A stretch of DNA of 51,766 nucleotides from positions 1 to 51,766 of the forward strand of contig JANWVW010000001.1 of the NCBI GenBank assembly GCA_025056095.1. Reading direction: 5' to 3'. Shown piece after piece: positions 1 to 9,518 of the stretch. The notes under the pieces are model-generated. The model did not search any database. It worked only from the letters and a program-made list of their open reading frames with translations, and was not told where the DNA came from. The position numbers and the translations under genes were made by a program. The first letter of the stretch is position 1; every line of letters begins with the position of its first letter. The stretch comes from Bacteroidia bacterium (lineage in GTDB: Bacteria; Bacteroidota; Bacteroidia; JANWVE01).

Positions 1-77
1 CGATAGCGTAGCCCGTAGCACGCCGACCTTGCCCACACAAGCGCAGCGAAGTGTGGGCAAGGGCACGCCCAAAAAAA
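1..77. repeat. GC-rich palindromic intergenic element, partial copy cut by the window edge (reverse orientation, probably the end of a long composite copy)
   Basis: Contains CCTTGCCCACAC-aagcgcagcgaa-GTGTGGGCAAGG hairpin, then GGGCACGCCC and an A-run, as in copies at 12333 and 33126. The leftmost bases (reverse complement gggctacgctatcg) match the junction seen only in long copies (about 21721-21735 and 51678-51691). Confidence 0.8.
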
Positions 78-133
78 CTATTCATATCAATAAATCCGAT
101 ATTACAATTTTTTAACAAAAATGTATCAGTCAA

Positions 134-1147
134 TTGCTTACTTTTGTGGTTGTGAAAGTGCGTTTAATCCTCTTAGTTTGGATAGTCTTTGTTTTGAATA
201 TATCCGCCCAAATATTACCTCCTCTAGGAAAACAAAGAGCAGGTACAGCAGGTATGCAGTTTCTAAAAATTGCCGTTGATCCTCGCAGTGCAGGAATGGG
301 CGAAAGCTTCATTGCCGTAGTCAATGACGCTTCTGCTTTATACTGGAATCCCGCAGGAATGAGCATTTCAGATAGCCAAAAAATTCATTTACAAGGTGCT
401 TATACCCGATATTTTGCGGATATTAGCATAAACTACGCAGCAGGGTTTATTAAACTCAAAAATGAACATTATCTCGGTATTAGCTTAACTCACTTGAATT
501 CAGGCGAAATGGATGTAACTACGGAATTCCAACCTTTTGGTACAGGACAAAAATTTAGCGCTACTAACACTGCCATCGGACTTTCTTACGCTAAAAAACT
601 GACAGATAATTTTGCCTTCGGCTTGACCTCTAAATACGCTAACGAAAATATTTTTGGACTACGAACAAATACACTGCTGTTTGATTTAGGTTTTTACTAT
701 GATATTGGCTATCACAACCTTCGTTTTGCGGTTACAATGACAAATTTTGGCTTCAATGTAAAGCCCAAAGGGCAATTAGAAGTAATCAGACTTTCAGGTA
801 CTCAAAATGTAAATAACTTTGAGCAAGTTACCGTACCTTCTATGTTTAAGGTAGGCTTAGCTTGGGATGCTGTTAAAAATGACCGTCATTTGCTCACTTT
901 GTCAGGGCAGCTAAACCATCCCACAGATAACAAAGAAACTTTTAATATTGGGGCTGAATACAGCTGGAATAGGCTGATTTATTTAAGAACAGGCTATCAA
1001 ATTGGAGCAGATGAGAGCAATATTCCTGCATTCGGATTCGGCTTAAAATTTACGCACCGCTTAGGCGCATTGAGAATAGACTATGCTTTTACTAACAAGA
1101 CTCGTTTAGGCTTTACACACAAGTTTGGAATTGGAATCAGTTTTTAA
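134..1147 (+). CDS. PorV/PorQ-family outer-membrane beta-barrel protein (T9SS-associated family)
   Basis: 337-aa ORF starting at TTG 134. GTG at 152 would give the signal peptide MKVRLILLVWIVFVLNISAQ. The N-terminal motif GTAGMQFLKIAVDPRSAGMGESFIAVVNDASALYWNPAGM is typical of PorV/PorQ proteins. The rest has an alternating beta-strand pattern and an aromatic C-terminus (GIGISF). Confidence 0.55.
   Translation: MLTFVVVKVRLILLVWIVFVLNISAQILPPLGKQRAGTAGMQFLKIAVDPRSAGMGESFIAVVNDASALYWNPAGMSISDSQKIHLQGAYTRYFADISINYAAGFIKLKNEHYLGISLTHLNSGEMDVTTEFQPFGTGQKFSATNTAIGLSYAKKLTDNFAFGLTSKYANENIFGLRTNTLLFDLGFYYDIGYHNLRFAVTMTNFGFNVKPKGQLEVIRLSGTQNVNNFEQVTVPSMFKVGLAWDAVKNDRHLLTLSGQLNHPTDNKETFNIGAEYSWNRLIYLRTGYQIGADESNIPAFGFGLKFTHRLGALRIDYAFTNKTRLGFTHKFGIGISF
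139..146 (+). promoter_or_regulatory. Bacteroidetes-type -7 promoter box TACTTTTG
   Basis: Matches TAnnTTTG. It lies 5 nt upstream of the GTG at 152 that would start a clean signal peptide. Confidence 0.3.
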
Positions 1148-1159
1148 TTTTGTCCATAT

Positions 1160-2389
1160 ATGAAAAAACACAGTTTTTTAGCTATTGTTGCTTGTTTACT
1201 TTTGCTTTCTTTCTGGGGTTGCGATGTTTTGTTGGGAACTAAAAAAGACCCTACCGTAGACGATGTTTTTCAACAAGGTAGCATTGACCCCAGCACTATT
1301 GTTTCCAACGTAGGCTATGTACCTATCAACCCTGTGTGGTACTTCAATCAGCCCACAGACGTGTACGTAGGCTATGATGAAATGGTTTACGTAACCGATG
1401 CCGACGGATTACATATTCTTGACCAAAAGGGAACAAAATACAAAACTATCCCCATTCCAAATGCTACAGACGTAACTCAGGATAGGCGTTTGCTTACTTA
1501 TGTAGTTGGGCGAGTGAATTATCCTGTTACTATTGGTAGTAGTACTCAAATTAAAAGCTTACCTGCAATTTACATTATCAAAAACGCGCCCACTTACAAC
1601 CATGAAATTATTGACACGCTTATTCATCCTTTTTGCGATATCACCCGGGCAAGCATTCCGTTTAGACCTCAAGATGAACAAGTTAGCTTTACAGGAGTGG
1701 CTACTTTACATGACAATACTTTTTATGTAAGCCGTACAGGAATAGTCAATACAGGGACAGGCTTTCCTGCACCCGATAATGCTATACTAGTTTTTGATAA
1801 AAATTTCAAAAATACAGGCTATATCAATGAGCTTGATCCTGTCAATACTAATTTACGTTCTGCTGTAAAGGTAACCAGTATTGCAAGCTTTGCCGCCCCT
1901 CCACAATTGGTTTCAGGAATTAGCACGTCTAAAGATTTTCTGCTTACTCAAAAAACAGGACTTGAAACTGAATATGCCGTGCTATGGATAAAACGCATAG
2001 ATGATGTGGATTTGGGCACAACTTACACTGAAAACACTAGTTTGTTGGTGCAAGACACCAGTAAAGCTGACCGTTTTTTGTATCAATCTTTTCGTTTTTC
2101 ACAGCCTGAAGACGTGTGCGTTGCACCTGATGCCTCAGGATACATATTTGTTGTAGATAGTGGAAAAGATAGTCTTTTTATTTTCAATAGGGCTGGATAT
2201 GAAGGCGTAAATAAACCTGCGAATTCTAACTTCCGCAAACAGGTTTTAGCATCTTTTGGCGGAGTAGGAAACGGACCTAAACAGTTTAATAATCCTGTGG
2301 GAGTGGCTTATTTTAGAAAAATGGTCTATGTAGCTGATAAAGATAATAACCGTATTTGTCGGTTTAAGCTATCTACAGATTTACAATGA
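1160..2389 (+). CDS. NHL-repeat (beta-propeller) lipoprotein
   Basis: Signal peptide with lipobox (LLLLSFWGC). C-terminal NHL-type repeats: PEDVCVAPDASGYIFVVDSGKDSLFIFN and FNNPVGVAYFRKMVYVADKDNNRICRF. Starts 12 nt after the preceding gene. Confidence 0.6.
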   Translation: MKKHSFLAIVACLLLLSFWGCDVLLGTKKDPTVDDVFQQGSIDPSTIVSNVGYVPINPVWYFNQPTDVYVGYDEMVYVTDADGLHILDQKGTKYKTIPIPNATDVTQDRRLLTYVVGRVNYPVTIGSSTQIKSLPAIYIIKNAPTYNHEIIDTLIHPFCDITRASIPFRPQDEQVSFTGVATLHDNTFYVSRTGIVNTGTGFPAPDNAILVFDKNFKNTGYINELDPVNTNLRSAVKVTSIASFAAPPQLVSGISTSKDFLLTQKTGLETEYAVLWIKRIDDVDLGTTYTENTSLLVQDTSKADRFLYQSFRFSQPEDVCVAPDASGYIFVVDSGKDSLFIFNRAGYEGVNKPANSNFRKQVLASFGGVGNGPKQFNNPVGVAYFRKMVYVADKDNNRICRFKLSTDLQ

Positions 2390-2411
2390 GTAAGCCAAAC
2401 ATTTGAGTTTT

Positions 2412-3404
2412 TTACTTGTTGTCATACAGTATTTTAACGGCAATAATCGTACAAATGAATCCTGCTACAATTACTAATATAGCTTGTGCCGTGTGATTGA
2501 GAGTAGCTGAAATTAAGCTCTGTTCAGCACTTATATGGTAAGCCAGCATAGATTGGCTAACTATGTAATGATATATGCCTATTCCACCTTGCACAGGTGC
2601 TGCCATACCTACCGCACCTACTAGAGTAACCACTAAAGCAGGTACGATTCCTAAGTGCGCTGTGCTTTTCAAAGCTAAAAAGATGCAATACGTAGTTAAA
2701 GTGTAACACATCCAAATACTTACAGTATAAATTAAAAACAATGGAATGTTTTTTACTTTGCGAATACTGATTAGCCCTTCTACTAAGCCCTGAATAAATC
2801 CCTTTATTTTAATCATCCATTTGTACTTAGGGTCAAGCTTTTGCCAATTTTTAAGTGCAAGTACAAACAAAATCAAACTTAAAATGCCTATTAAACTCAA
2901 AAAAAGTACAAGTTTGGAAAATTGTTCAGTAGAAAATCCAAAGGTCTGCACTAACCATTGATAAAAAACATCGTATTCTAATCCTAATGCTAATGCAATT
3001 ACCAGCAGCAAAGTAATTACATCCACGATTCTTTCCAATACCACTGTTCCAAGTATTTGGGCTATCGGTATATTATCAGCTTTATGTACTACTGCACAGC
3101 GAGTTATCTCTCCCATGCGCGGTAAAACCATATTTGCTAAATAACCTATAGCTACTCCACAAAATGTACTTATGAGCTTAGCAGAATACCCCGATGCATG
3201 TAATAACATACTCCACCGAGATGCCCTAATAAATTTCTCTGCTATACCTACTAACATGCTTATCCCTATCCAAAAATAATTTGCAGATGCAAATCCGTTC
3301 TTTATTTCTTTCCATTCTATATCCTTAAAAGCTAAAAGTAGCATTACTACAGCTATACTCAAACCTGTGGCGTACTGAACTACTTTTTTGACGGAAAGGG
3401 ACAT
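2412..3404 (-). CDS. Flippase-like / lysylphosphatidylglycerol-synthase TM-domain family integral membrane protein
   Basis: 330 aa and strongly hydrophobic with multiple predicted TM helices; overall resemblance to the UPF0104 flippase-like family. Starts 3 nt after the panD stop. Confidence 0.5.
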   Translation of the reverse strand: MSLSVKKVVQYATGLSIAVVMLLLAFKDIEWKEIKNGFASANYFWIGISMLVGIAEKFIRASRWSMLLHASGYSAKLISTFCGVAIGYLANMVLPRMGEITRCAVVHKADNIPIAQILGTVVLERIVDVITLLLVIALALGLEYDVFYQWLVQTFGFSTEQFSKLVLFLSLIGILSLILFVLALKNWQKLDPKYKWMIKIKGFIQGLVEGLISIRKVKNIPLFLIYTVSIWMCYTLTTYCIFLALKSTAHLGIVPALVVTLVGAVGMAAPVQGGIGIYHYIVSQSMLAYHISAEQSLISATLNHTAQAILVIVAGFICTIIAVKILYDNK

Positions 3405-3407
3405 ATA

Positions 3408-3761
3408 TTACTTTTTAGGTAGCCTATTATTTTCATCGGGGAATATTATCCAAGGTTTGAAGGTTTTTGCTTTTTCAAACTCCATTTGACAGTATGAGAC
3501 TACAATAACAATGTCCCCTACCTGTACCTTTCTTGCAGCAGGTCCATTGAGGCATATTATTCCTGAACCTCTTTCCCCTTCAATAACATAGGTTTCAAAT
3601 CGTTCGCCATTGTTTACGTTTAATACAGTAACTTTTTCGTATTCTATCATGTTGGCAGCGTCTAGCAAGTCTTTATCTATGGTGATACTTCCCACATAGT
3701 TGAGTTCAGCTTGTGTAACTCTTACTCTGTGTATCTTAGACTTCAAGACCTCAATGACCAT
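3408..3761 (-). CDS. panD: Aspartate 1-decarboxylase
   Basis: 117 aa. [29 protein letters not shown] carries the Gly-Ser self-processing site; full-length PanD-like sequence. Confidence 0.93.
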   Translation of the reverse strand: MVIEVLKSKIHRVRVTQAELNYVGSITIDKDLLDAANMIEYEKVTVLNVNNGERFETYVIEGERGSGIICLNGPAARKVQVGDIVIVVSYCQMEFEKAKTFKPWIIFPDENNRLPKK

Positions 3762-3811
3762 GACTCTGCAAATTTCGCAATTTTTCTCAAATTCATCAAA
3801 AAAGGCTTTTA

Positions 3812-4231
3812 TTATGGTTTGCTACCATATTTAGTAATCAGCATGTCATCTACAATGTCAGCAGTACGGCTTTGTGCTTCTATCATTTGAGCTACTTCTT
3901 GAGGGTTTAGTCCTTCTGCATAACGGGTGCTGGCTAAGCAAATCACTGAATTATTATACACAGTAAAATATGTTCCAACTAAGCTATGATTGATGGACAA
4001 TAGTTCCAAGAGTAGCTGCTCTCTATTTTGTTCTGGAAGCTTCATGATAGTGGAAACTACGGCAAAAATGATTCGATTTTCTTGATTGGTATTGAGTAGT
4101 AAAGTTATTTCTGCCGAACCTCTTTTTAACTGCCAAACTGTGGGAGTTTCGGTACGACAAGCGGATACATCTATCCCAAAAGATGCGATAGCCTGCTCTA
4201 TTATGGGAATGTATGACTCTAAGTTGCTCAT
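3812..4231 (-). CDS. YbjN-domain / secretion-chaperone-like small cytoplasmic protein
   Basis: The ORF track starts at 4267, but ATG at 4231 (MSNLESYIP...) sits 4 nt downstream of a TACTTTTG box. Size and sequence pattern resemble YbjN-like proteins. Confidence 0.45.
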   Translation of the reverse strand: MSNLESYIPIIEQAIASFGIDVSACRTETPTVWQLKRGSAEITLLLNTNQENRIIFAVVSTIMKLPEQNREQLLLELLSINHSLVGTYFTVYNNSVICLASTRYAEGLNPQEVAQMIEAQSRTADIVDDMLITKYGSKP

Positions 4232-4235
4232 ATTA

Positions 4236-4243
4236 CAAAAGTA
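4236..4243 (-). promoter_or_regulatory. -7 promoter box TACTTTTG
   Basis: Plus-strand caaaagta is TACTTTTG on the minus strand, 4 nt upstream of ATG 4231. Confidence 0.35.
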
Positions 4244-4278
4244 CATTTTTTTGAATAATAAAACCAAAAAAATTGTCG

Positions 4279-5199
4279 TTATATTTGTAAATACGTGTTC
4301 AAAAAAGCAAGTATTTCTTGATATTGGTCAGGTTCAAACCATTGTACTTGCGTATCTGCTCTAAACCAGGTTAGTTGTCTTTTGGCATATCTGCGGGTAT
4401 TCTGCTGAATGAGGTCAATAGCGGTATCTAAATCATATTGTTGATGTAGGTAAGCATAAATTTCTTTGTAGCCCACTGTATTGAGTGAATTGAGAGAAAA
4501 ATCTACATTTTGGTCAATTAAGTTTTGTACTTCGCTAATTAGTCCTTTTTCTATCATTCTAAGTACACGCGCGTTGATACGTGTATATAGTTCCTGACGT
4601 GGGAGATTCAGACCAATTTTGATAATCTTAAAATTGTGTTTAATGTTTTTCTTTGCTAAAAATGAGGAGTAGGGCTTACCTGTTTGTAGACATACCTCTA
4701 AAGCACGCAGCACGCGCCGGGGATTGTGCTTATCTATATTTTGGTAGGTGATGGGGTCAAGACAGGCTAATTCAGCAACTAAATTTTTCAATCCTTCTTT
4801 TTGATAGCGATCCTGCAAAGTTTGCCGCACTTGCAGATCAATCTGTGGAAAAATATCTAGACCTTCTAACAACGCTTTAAGGTACAAGCCTGTACCTCCT
4901 ACTGCAATTACAACATTGTATTTTTGAAAAAGACTTTCTAATCGTGCGGTAGATTGTTGTTGAAATTCCCCCGCAGAAAATTTTTGTGTAATAGAAAGTT
5001 CATCTATAAAATGATGTGGGATTCCTTTGCGCTCTTGTACAGTTGGCTTGGCTGTACCTATGTTGAGTTCTTTGTAAATTTGGCGAGAGTCAAAAGAAAG
5101 AATTTCAGTTTTATAGTATTGTGCTAACTCAATAGATAGCGCTGTTTTACCTACCGCTGTGGGACCTACTATACAAATGAGATACTTAGCCATAAACAC
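4279..5199 (-). CDS. miaA: tRNA dimethylallyltransferase
   Basis: P-loop IVGPTAVGKTALSIELA, followed by DSRQIYKELNIGTAKP and a full-length MiaA-like sequence. Confidence 0.92.
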   Translation of the reverse strand: MFMAKYLICIVGPTAVGKTALSIELAQYYKTEILSFDSRQIYKELNIGTAKPTVQERKGIPHHFIDELSITQKFSAGEFQQQSTARLESLFQKYNVVIAVGGTGLYLKALLEGLDIFPQIDLQVRQTLQDRYQKEGLKNLVAELACLDPITYQNIDKHNPRRVLRALEVCLQTGKPYSSFLAKKNIKHNFKIIKIGLNLPRQELYTRINARVLRMIEKGLISEVQNLIDQNVDFSLNSLNTVGYKEIYAYLHQQYDLDTAIDLIQQNTRRYAKRQLTWFRADTQVQWFEPDQYQEILAFLNTYLQI

Positions 5200-5225
5200 T
5201 AAGTAGTGCTAAAATAAACCTGCAT

Positions 5226-7043
5226 TTAGTCATTTGTCATCCAGGCTTTACGGCATTTTAAAATGATAGGGTCCTGAGTCTCTTCCAAAGTAAATACATG
5301 CGAGGCTTCTTCCTCAACTACTTTGAGAGGTTTTTCTATTTCAATCGTTTTACCTTCTCTTTCTACCACAATTTTAACGGGTTTTCCTACACTAGATTTT
5401 ATGTCTTCCCCAATAGACATTGCGGTAAAAATAGAAATTTCCACTCCGTTAATTGATTTTACATAATCACCAAATTTCAAGCCATATTCAGGGCAATCCT
5501 TAGTAATTTGTGTTTTAGAGCTTGAAAGCATTCCTAATTCTATACCACTTGCTTCTAATGAAGCGACTTTTATTTTGCCTAACCTTTCGTAACGAATTCC
5601 TACAGTTTTGAATAAAGTAGCATAGTCCAAAGGTTCTGTGCCTGTTATGTGCTTATCTATAAATTTTTGGACTTGCGGATGAGTAATTGCTACAATTTCT
5701 TTAAATAAGTTATTATCCTCAAAAGGTTTTTCAGGTCCGTATTTGTTGGATAGTTGTTCTATTACTGTGCGAAGAGTCATTTTACCTTGCGTTAGCCGCA
5801 TAATTTCTAAATCTAATCCCATGCAAAGTAAAGCACCTTTGTCATAAACGTGTCTATAGGCTTTATGATATTTTTCATCTAATACGTTTGCACTCATTTT
5901 AGTAATACTTAACTCTTTGGGCATTAGGTCGGCTGCTTCAATCTTAGCACGTACCTCCCTGAAAAATTCATCTAAGGTAATCATATTAGCTTTGAGTTGG
6001 ATAAGGTGTGAATAGTATTCCGTGCTACCTTCATATAGCCATAAATGTTGCGACATTTTAGGTTGAGCAAAGTTAAATTCGTGAATTTCTCGGCTATGCA
6101 GATTGAGAGGAGTGATAATATGTAAAAACTCATGCGAAGCGACATCATTTACTTGTTTAATCACTGCCGATAGAGGCATAACAGGCAAGTAGTAAAAGGA
6201 ACTGTAAGAATGCTCCAAAGCCCCAAAAGCACCTGTACGAGTGTTACTACCAAACAACGAAGTAAAATAAAATAAAAAAGCATATTTATTCACGGGTAAA
6301 ACTTTCAAAAACTGTTGTAGAGCTTTAACGGTGGGTTCTACCGAAGGTACAAGAGCTTTGGCGTTTATGTTTTTGTCTTTGGAATAGCAAGCGATTAAAA
6401 TTTCTGTTTTGCCAATTTTAATCATGGCAGTATCTAAGGGAGCATACAAGATAGGGCTATCTACTAATTGGACATAGTTAGGAGCTAGCCACACATCTGT
6501 GGTAGCGTCTACTTTTTTCTTTTCCATTGCAGAAGCACCAAAAAGCTTTTCAGGGTGAGTAATAGTTATTTCATAAGGCAACATCATTGCACCTTCTAAG
6601 TATCCAAAAATCCCACCTTGGTTGAGTACAAAGCAATTATCTTTCTCAAAATGAGTTCCTGCGGGTTCAAAAATAGGGTCTTTATCCACAGGTGTATCCC
6701 AAGAAGGACTAACTTGATAGACTATTTTAGCTAAATTTTTACCATTGATAATAAAAGTGTTAGGTTCTTTTTTACTGACACTTAATTTTTTGTTAGCTAG
6801 GTCGTATGCCTCAAAGTTGCTAATAAACCTACCGTAATTTAGATTAGCATACGTTCCAGGTACAGTTTTTGGAAACTGAAAAATATACTTACTTTTTGGT
6901 ATTTTAGGGGGAATGATAGTTACAGTAATTTTTTTATCTTGAACAACGTTCAGATCTATGGTGCATTGGTATTTTTCTTGGCTGTATAGGTCCAAGAAAA
7001 CACACAAAGTACAAAAAACAATACAAGATCGCAGATAATTCAT
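5226..7043 (-). CDS. M61-type zinc metallopeptidase with C-terminal PDZ domain
   Basis: Signal peptide; HEFLHIITP (HExxH) followed by YEGSTEYYS; C-terminal PDZ-like segment GLKFGDYVKSINGVEI. Confidence 0.7.
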   Translation of the reverse strand: MNYLRSCIVFCTLCVFLDLYSQEKYQCTIDLNVVQDKKITVTIIPPKIPKSKYIFQFPKTVPGTYANLNYGRFISNFEAYDLANKKLSVSKKEPNTFIINGKNLAKIVYQVSPSWDTPVDKDPIFEPAGTHFEKDNCFVLNQGGIFGYLEGAMMLPYEITITHPEKLFGASAMEKKKVDATTDVWLAPNYVQLVDSPILYAPLDTAMIKIGKTEILIACYSKDKNINAKALVPSVEPTVKALQQFLKVLPVNKYAFLFYFTSLFGSNTRTGAFGALEHSYSSFYYLPVMPLSAVIKQVNDVASHEFLHIITPLNLHSREIHEFNFAQPKMSQHLWLYEGSTEYYSHLIQLKANMITLDEFFREVRAKIEAADLMPKELSITKMSANVLDEKYHKAYRHVYDKGALLCMGLDLEIMRLTQGKMTLRTVIEQLSNKYGPEKPFEDNNLFKEIVAITHPQVQKFIDKHITGTEPLDYATLFKTVGIRYERLGKIKVASLEASGIELGMLSSSKTQITKDCPEYGLKFGDYVKSINGVEISIFTAMSIGEDIKSSVGKPVKIVVEREGKTIEIEKPLKVVEEEASHVFTLEETQDPIILKCRKAWMTND

Positions 7044-7054
7044 AAACTAGACTG

Positions 7055-7062
7055 CAAATATA
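7055..7062 (-). promoter_or_regulatory. -7 promoter box TATATTTG
   Basis: Plus-strand caaatata is TATATTTG on the minus strand, 11 nt upstream of ATG 7043. Confidence 0.4.
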
Positions 7063-7184
7063 CCTTGATTTTTTGCTTAATGTTTTCAAAAAATTGATGA
7101 AGTTAAAAAATCCAACTTAACTCAAAATGCAGTTTATTGAAAAAAGATTGATAAAGAAGTATTTTTTAATATGAGAAAAGTATC

Positions 7185-7192
7185 TATTTTTG
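7185..7192 (+). promoter_or_regulatory. -7 promoter box TATTTTTG
   Basis: TAnnTTTG match 12 nt upstream of ATG 7205. Confidence 0.4.
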
Positions 7193-7204
7193 CAGGAAAA
7201 ACTT

Positions 7205-9232
7205 ATGAAACTTTTTGTATTGTTTTTGGTACTGTTTGTACCGATTTGTAGCGGTTTAGGTCAAAGTGCAGAAGCTAAAAAAGACTTTCATAAATACATG
7301 AAACAAGGTGAGCTAGCTTATTACAATGACTTATTTGATGAAGCAGCACACTACTTTGAATTAGCTGCGGCTATAAATCCAAACTCTTTTGAAGCTAATT
7401 TTATGGCAGGACTTAGCCATGAGCGGGGAGTAAGACCTCAAGAATGCTTAAAATACTTTGAACAAGCCTACAAACTTAAACCTGAAGGTGAAGATGAACT
7501 GATATACCTTTTAGGTAGGGGCATGCATCTCAATAACCGCTTTGATGAAGCAATTAAATACTACAAACAAGCTTTGAATAATAAAAAAGTTCATAACGCC
7601 TACAATGCCCGCATAAAAGATAAAGAACGGTATATAGGTCCTGAGCGAATTCAATTACTTATCAAGCAATGTGAAAACGGAAAGAAATTGGTTTTGAATC
7701 CTTTAGATGTAGAAATAAAGAATCTTGGACCAAACATCAATGGAAAATTTCCTGATTATGTTCCTGCTTTAACGGCTGACGAACGACGAATATTCTTTAC
7801 CACTCGCCGAGAGGGTGAAAAGGACCCTTACACAGGGCATTACTATGAAGAAATTTTCTATGCAGACAAAGATCCTAAAACAGGGGAATGGAAACCCGCT
7901 AAAAATATAGGAAAAACAATCAATGCTGGGCACAAAAATGAATCCGCAGTAAGTGTTTCTCTAGATGGTAGTACACTTTACATTTATGATGAAAGAGACT
8001 TATATTACTGCACTTTGAAAGGCAATGAGTGGTCTAAACCCGAACCTTTGAAAGAAATTAACACTAAACATTGGGAAACCCATTGTGCAATTTCAGCAGA
8101 TGGTACAGAGCTATTTTTCACTTCTGATAGACCTGGTGGATATGGGGGATTGGATATATACGTAGCTAAAAAACAACCTGACGGCAAGTGGGGACAAATT
8201 CAGAACTTAGGACCTAATATCAATACAGAATTCGATGAAGAGGCCCCCTTCATCCACTACGATGGTGTAACCCTATATTTTAGTTCAAGGGGACATAACA
8301 GCATGGGTGGATACGATATATTCTACGCCACTCGCAACCCTGATGGTTCTTGGAACAAACCTGTGAACATAGGTTACCCTATCAATACCGCTTCTGATGA
8401 TGTTTACTTTGTAATAAACTTTGATAGAAAAAGAGCATACTACTCTTCTGCTAGAGGTGATGATAGTTATGGCGATAAAGACATTTACATGATTATTATG
8501 CCTGAACCCAAAGACTTAGTTACCGTAGAAAATAAACCTGAAGAGAAGCAGCCTGAAAAAAAACCTGAACCTATAATTACAGTTACACGTGTCTATGGTA
8601 CTGTAACTGATGAACGCACAGGTCAGCCATTAGAAGCAGATGTAACTATCGTTGATAACGAAACAGGAAACATAGTATTTAAAAGTAAAACAAATTCTGC
8701 TACTGGATATTACGTAGTAACCTTGCCTTCAGGTAAAAATTATGGCTTTAGAGTAGAAAAGCCTGGCTATACTTTCTATTCTGAAAATTTTGACCTTCCA
8801 ATGGGAACAGAATCTCGGGACTATGAGAAAAATGCCAAGATAAAAGGCTTCTCGGAGGGAACTAGGATAATCATGCGAAACATATTTTATGACTATAACA
8901 AAGCAACCCTTCGCCCACAGTCCAAAGCAGAACTTGACCGTGTAGCAGCAATGCTAAACGAGTGTCCAAAAATGAGAGTCCAAATCAATGCGCATACTGA
9001 TTCTGATGGAACTGAAGAGTATAATTTAGATTTGTCCCAAAGACGCGCCCAATCTGTAGTAGATTACTTGGTCAAAGTAAAAGGTATTGATCCTAAACGA
9101 CTATCTGCCAAAGGTTTTGGAGAGTCCCAGCCTGTAGATACAAACGAAACGGATGAAGGAAAACAAAATAATCGCCGTACTGAACTAGAAATAATAGGAG
9201 GTACTGAAGACTGTGTATTTTCCACTAAATAA
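7205..9232 (+). CDS. OmpA-family protein with N-terminal TPR, TolB-type WD40-like beta-propeller repeats and a carboxypeptidase-regulatory-like domain
   Basis: The ORF track begins at TTG 7190; ATG 7205 gives the signal peptide MKLFVLFLVLFVPICSG. Repeated ...FFTS.R.GG.GG.DIY... units match the TolB/PD40 repeat type. The C-terminal OmpA domain reads INAHTDSDGTEEYNLDLSQRRAQSVVDYL...NRRTELEI. Confidence 0.75.
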   Translation: MKLFVLFLVLFVPICSGLGQSAEAKKDFHKYMKQGELAYYNDLFDEAAHYFELAAAINPNSFEANFMAGLSHERGVRPQECLKYFEQAYKLKPEGEDELIYLLGRGMHLNNRFDEAIKYYKQALNNKKVHNAYNARIKDKERYIGPERIQLLIKQCENGKKLVLNPLDVEIKNLGPNINGKFPDYVPALTADERRIFFTTRREGEKDPYTGHYYEEIFYADKDPKTGEWKPAKNIGKTINAGHKNESAVSVSLDGSTLYIYDERDLYYCTLKGNEWSKPEPLKEINTKHWETHCAISADGTELFFTSDRPGGYGGLDIYVAKKQPDGKWGQIQNLGPNINTEFDEEAPFIHYDGVTLYFSSRGHNSMGGYDIFYATRNPDGSWNKPVNIGYPINTASDDVYFVINFDRKRAYYSSARGDDSYGDKDIYMIIMPEPKDLVTVENKPEEKQPEKKPEPIITVTRVYGTVTDERTGQPLEADVTIVDNETGNIVFKSKTNSATGYYVVTLPSGKNYGFRVEKPGYTFYSENFDLPMGTESRDYEKNAKIKGFSEGTRIIMRNIFYDYNKATLRPQSKAELDRVAAMLNECPKMRVQINAHTDSDGTEEYNLDLSQRRAQSVVDYLVKVKGIDPKRLSAKGFGESQPVDTNETDEGKQNNRRTELEIIGGTEDCVFSTK

Positions 9233-9280
9233 AAGAGCCTAAAATTACAAAATATATTAGCTCTAAAAATAATTTCACCT

Positions 9281-9381
9281 TTTGGGCGTGCCCTTGTGGG
9301 CAAAAGCCCACAAGGTCGGCGTGCTACGGGCTACGTGCGGAATGCCCCGACCCGAGCGTAGCGAGGGACACGCCCAAAAAA
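9281..9381. repeat. GC-rich palindromic intergenic element, short form (stem variant 2, short loop)
   Basis: TTT-GGGCGTGCCCTTGTGGGC-aaaa-GCCCACAAGG-tcggcgtgctacgggctacgtgcggaatgcccc...GGGACACGCCC-AAAAAA. Confidence 0.85.
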
Positions 9382-9493
9382 CTTAATCGCAAAATTCTTT
9401 TTAGGTTAGTATGAAAAAACACACTTTTTAGAACTGCGAATATATTAACTAAAAAAAATACGAAAATCATATTGACAAAAAATTTTTTATGTG

Positions 9494-9501
9494 TATATTT
9501 G
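9494..9501 (+). promoter_or_regulatory. -7 promoter box TATATTTG
   Basis: TAnnTTTG match 17 nt upstream of ATG 9519. Confidence 0.4.
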
Positions 9502-9518
9502 CATTATAGCCCTTTTGT

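Noticed and set aside
1533-1730. 65-aa ORF inside the NHL lipoprotein gene
   Set aside because: It is an alternative-frame ORF fully nested in a longer, motif-supported CDS.
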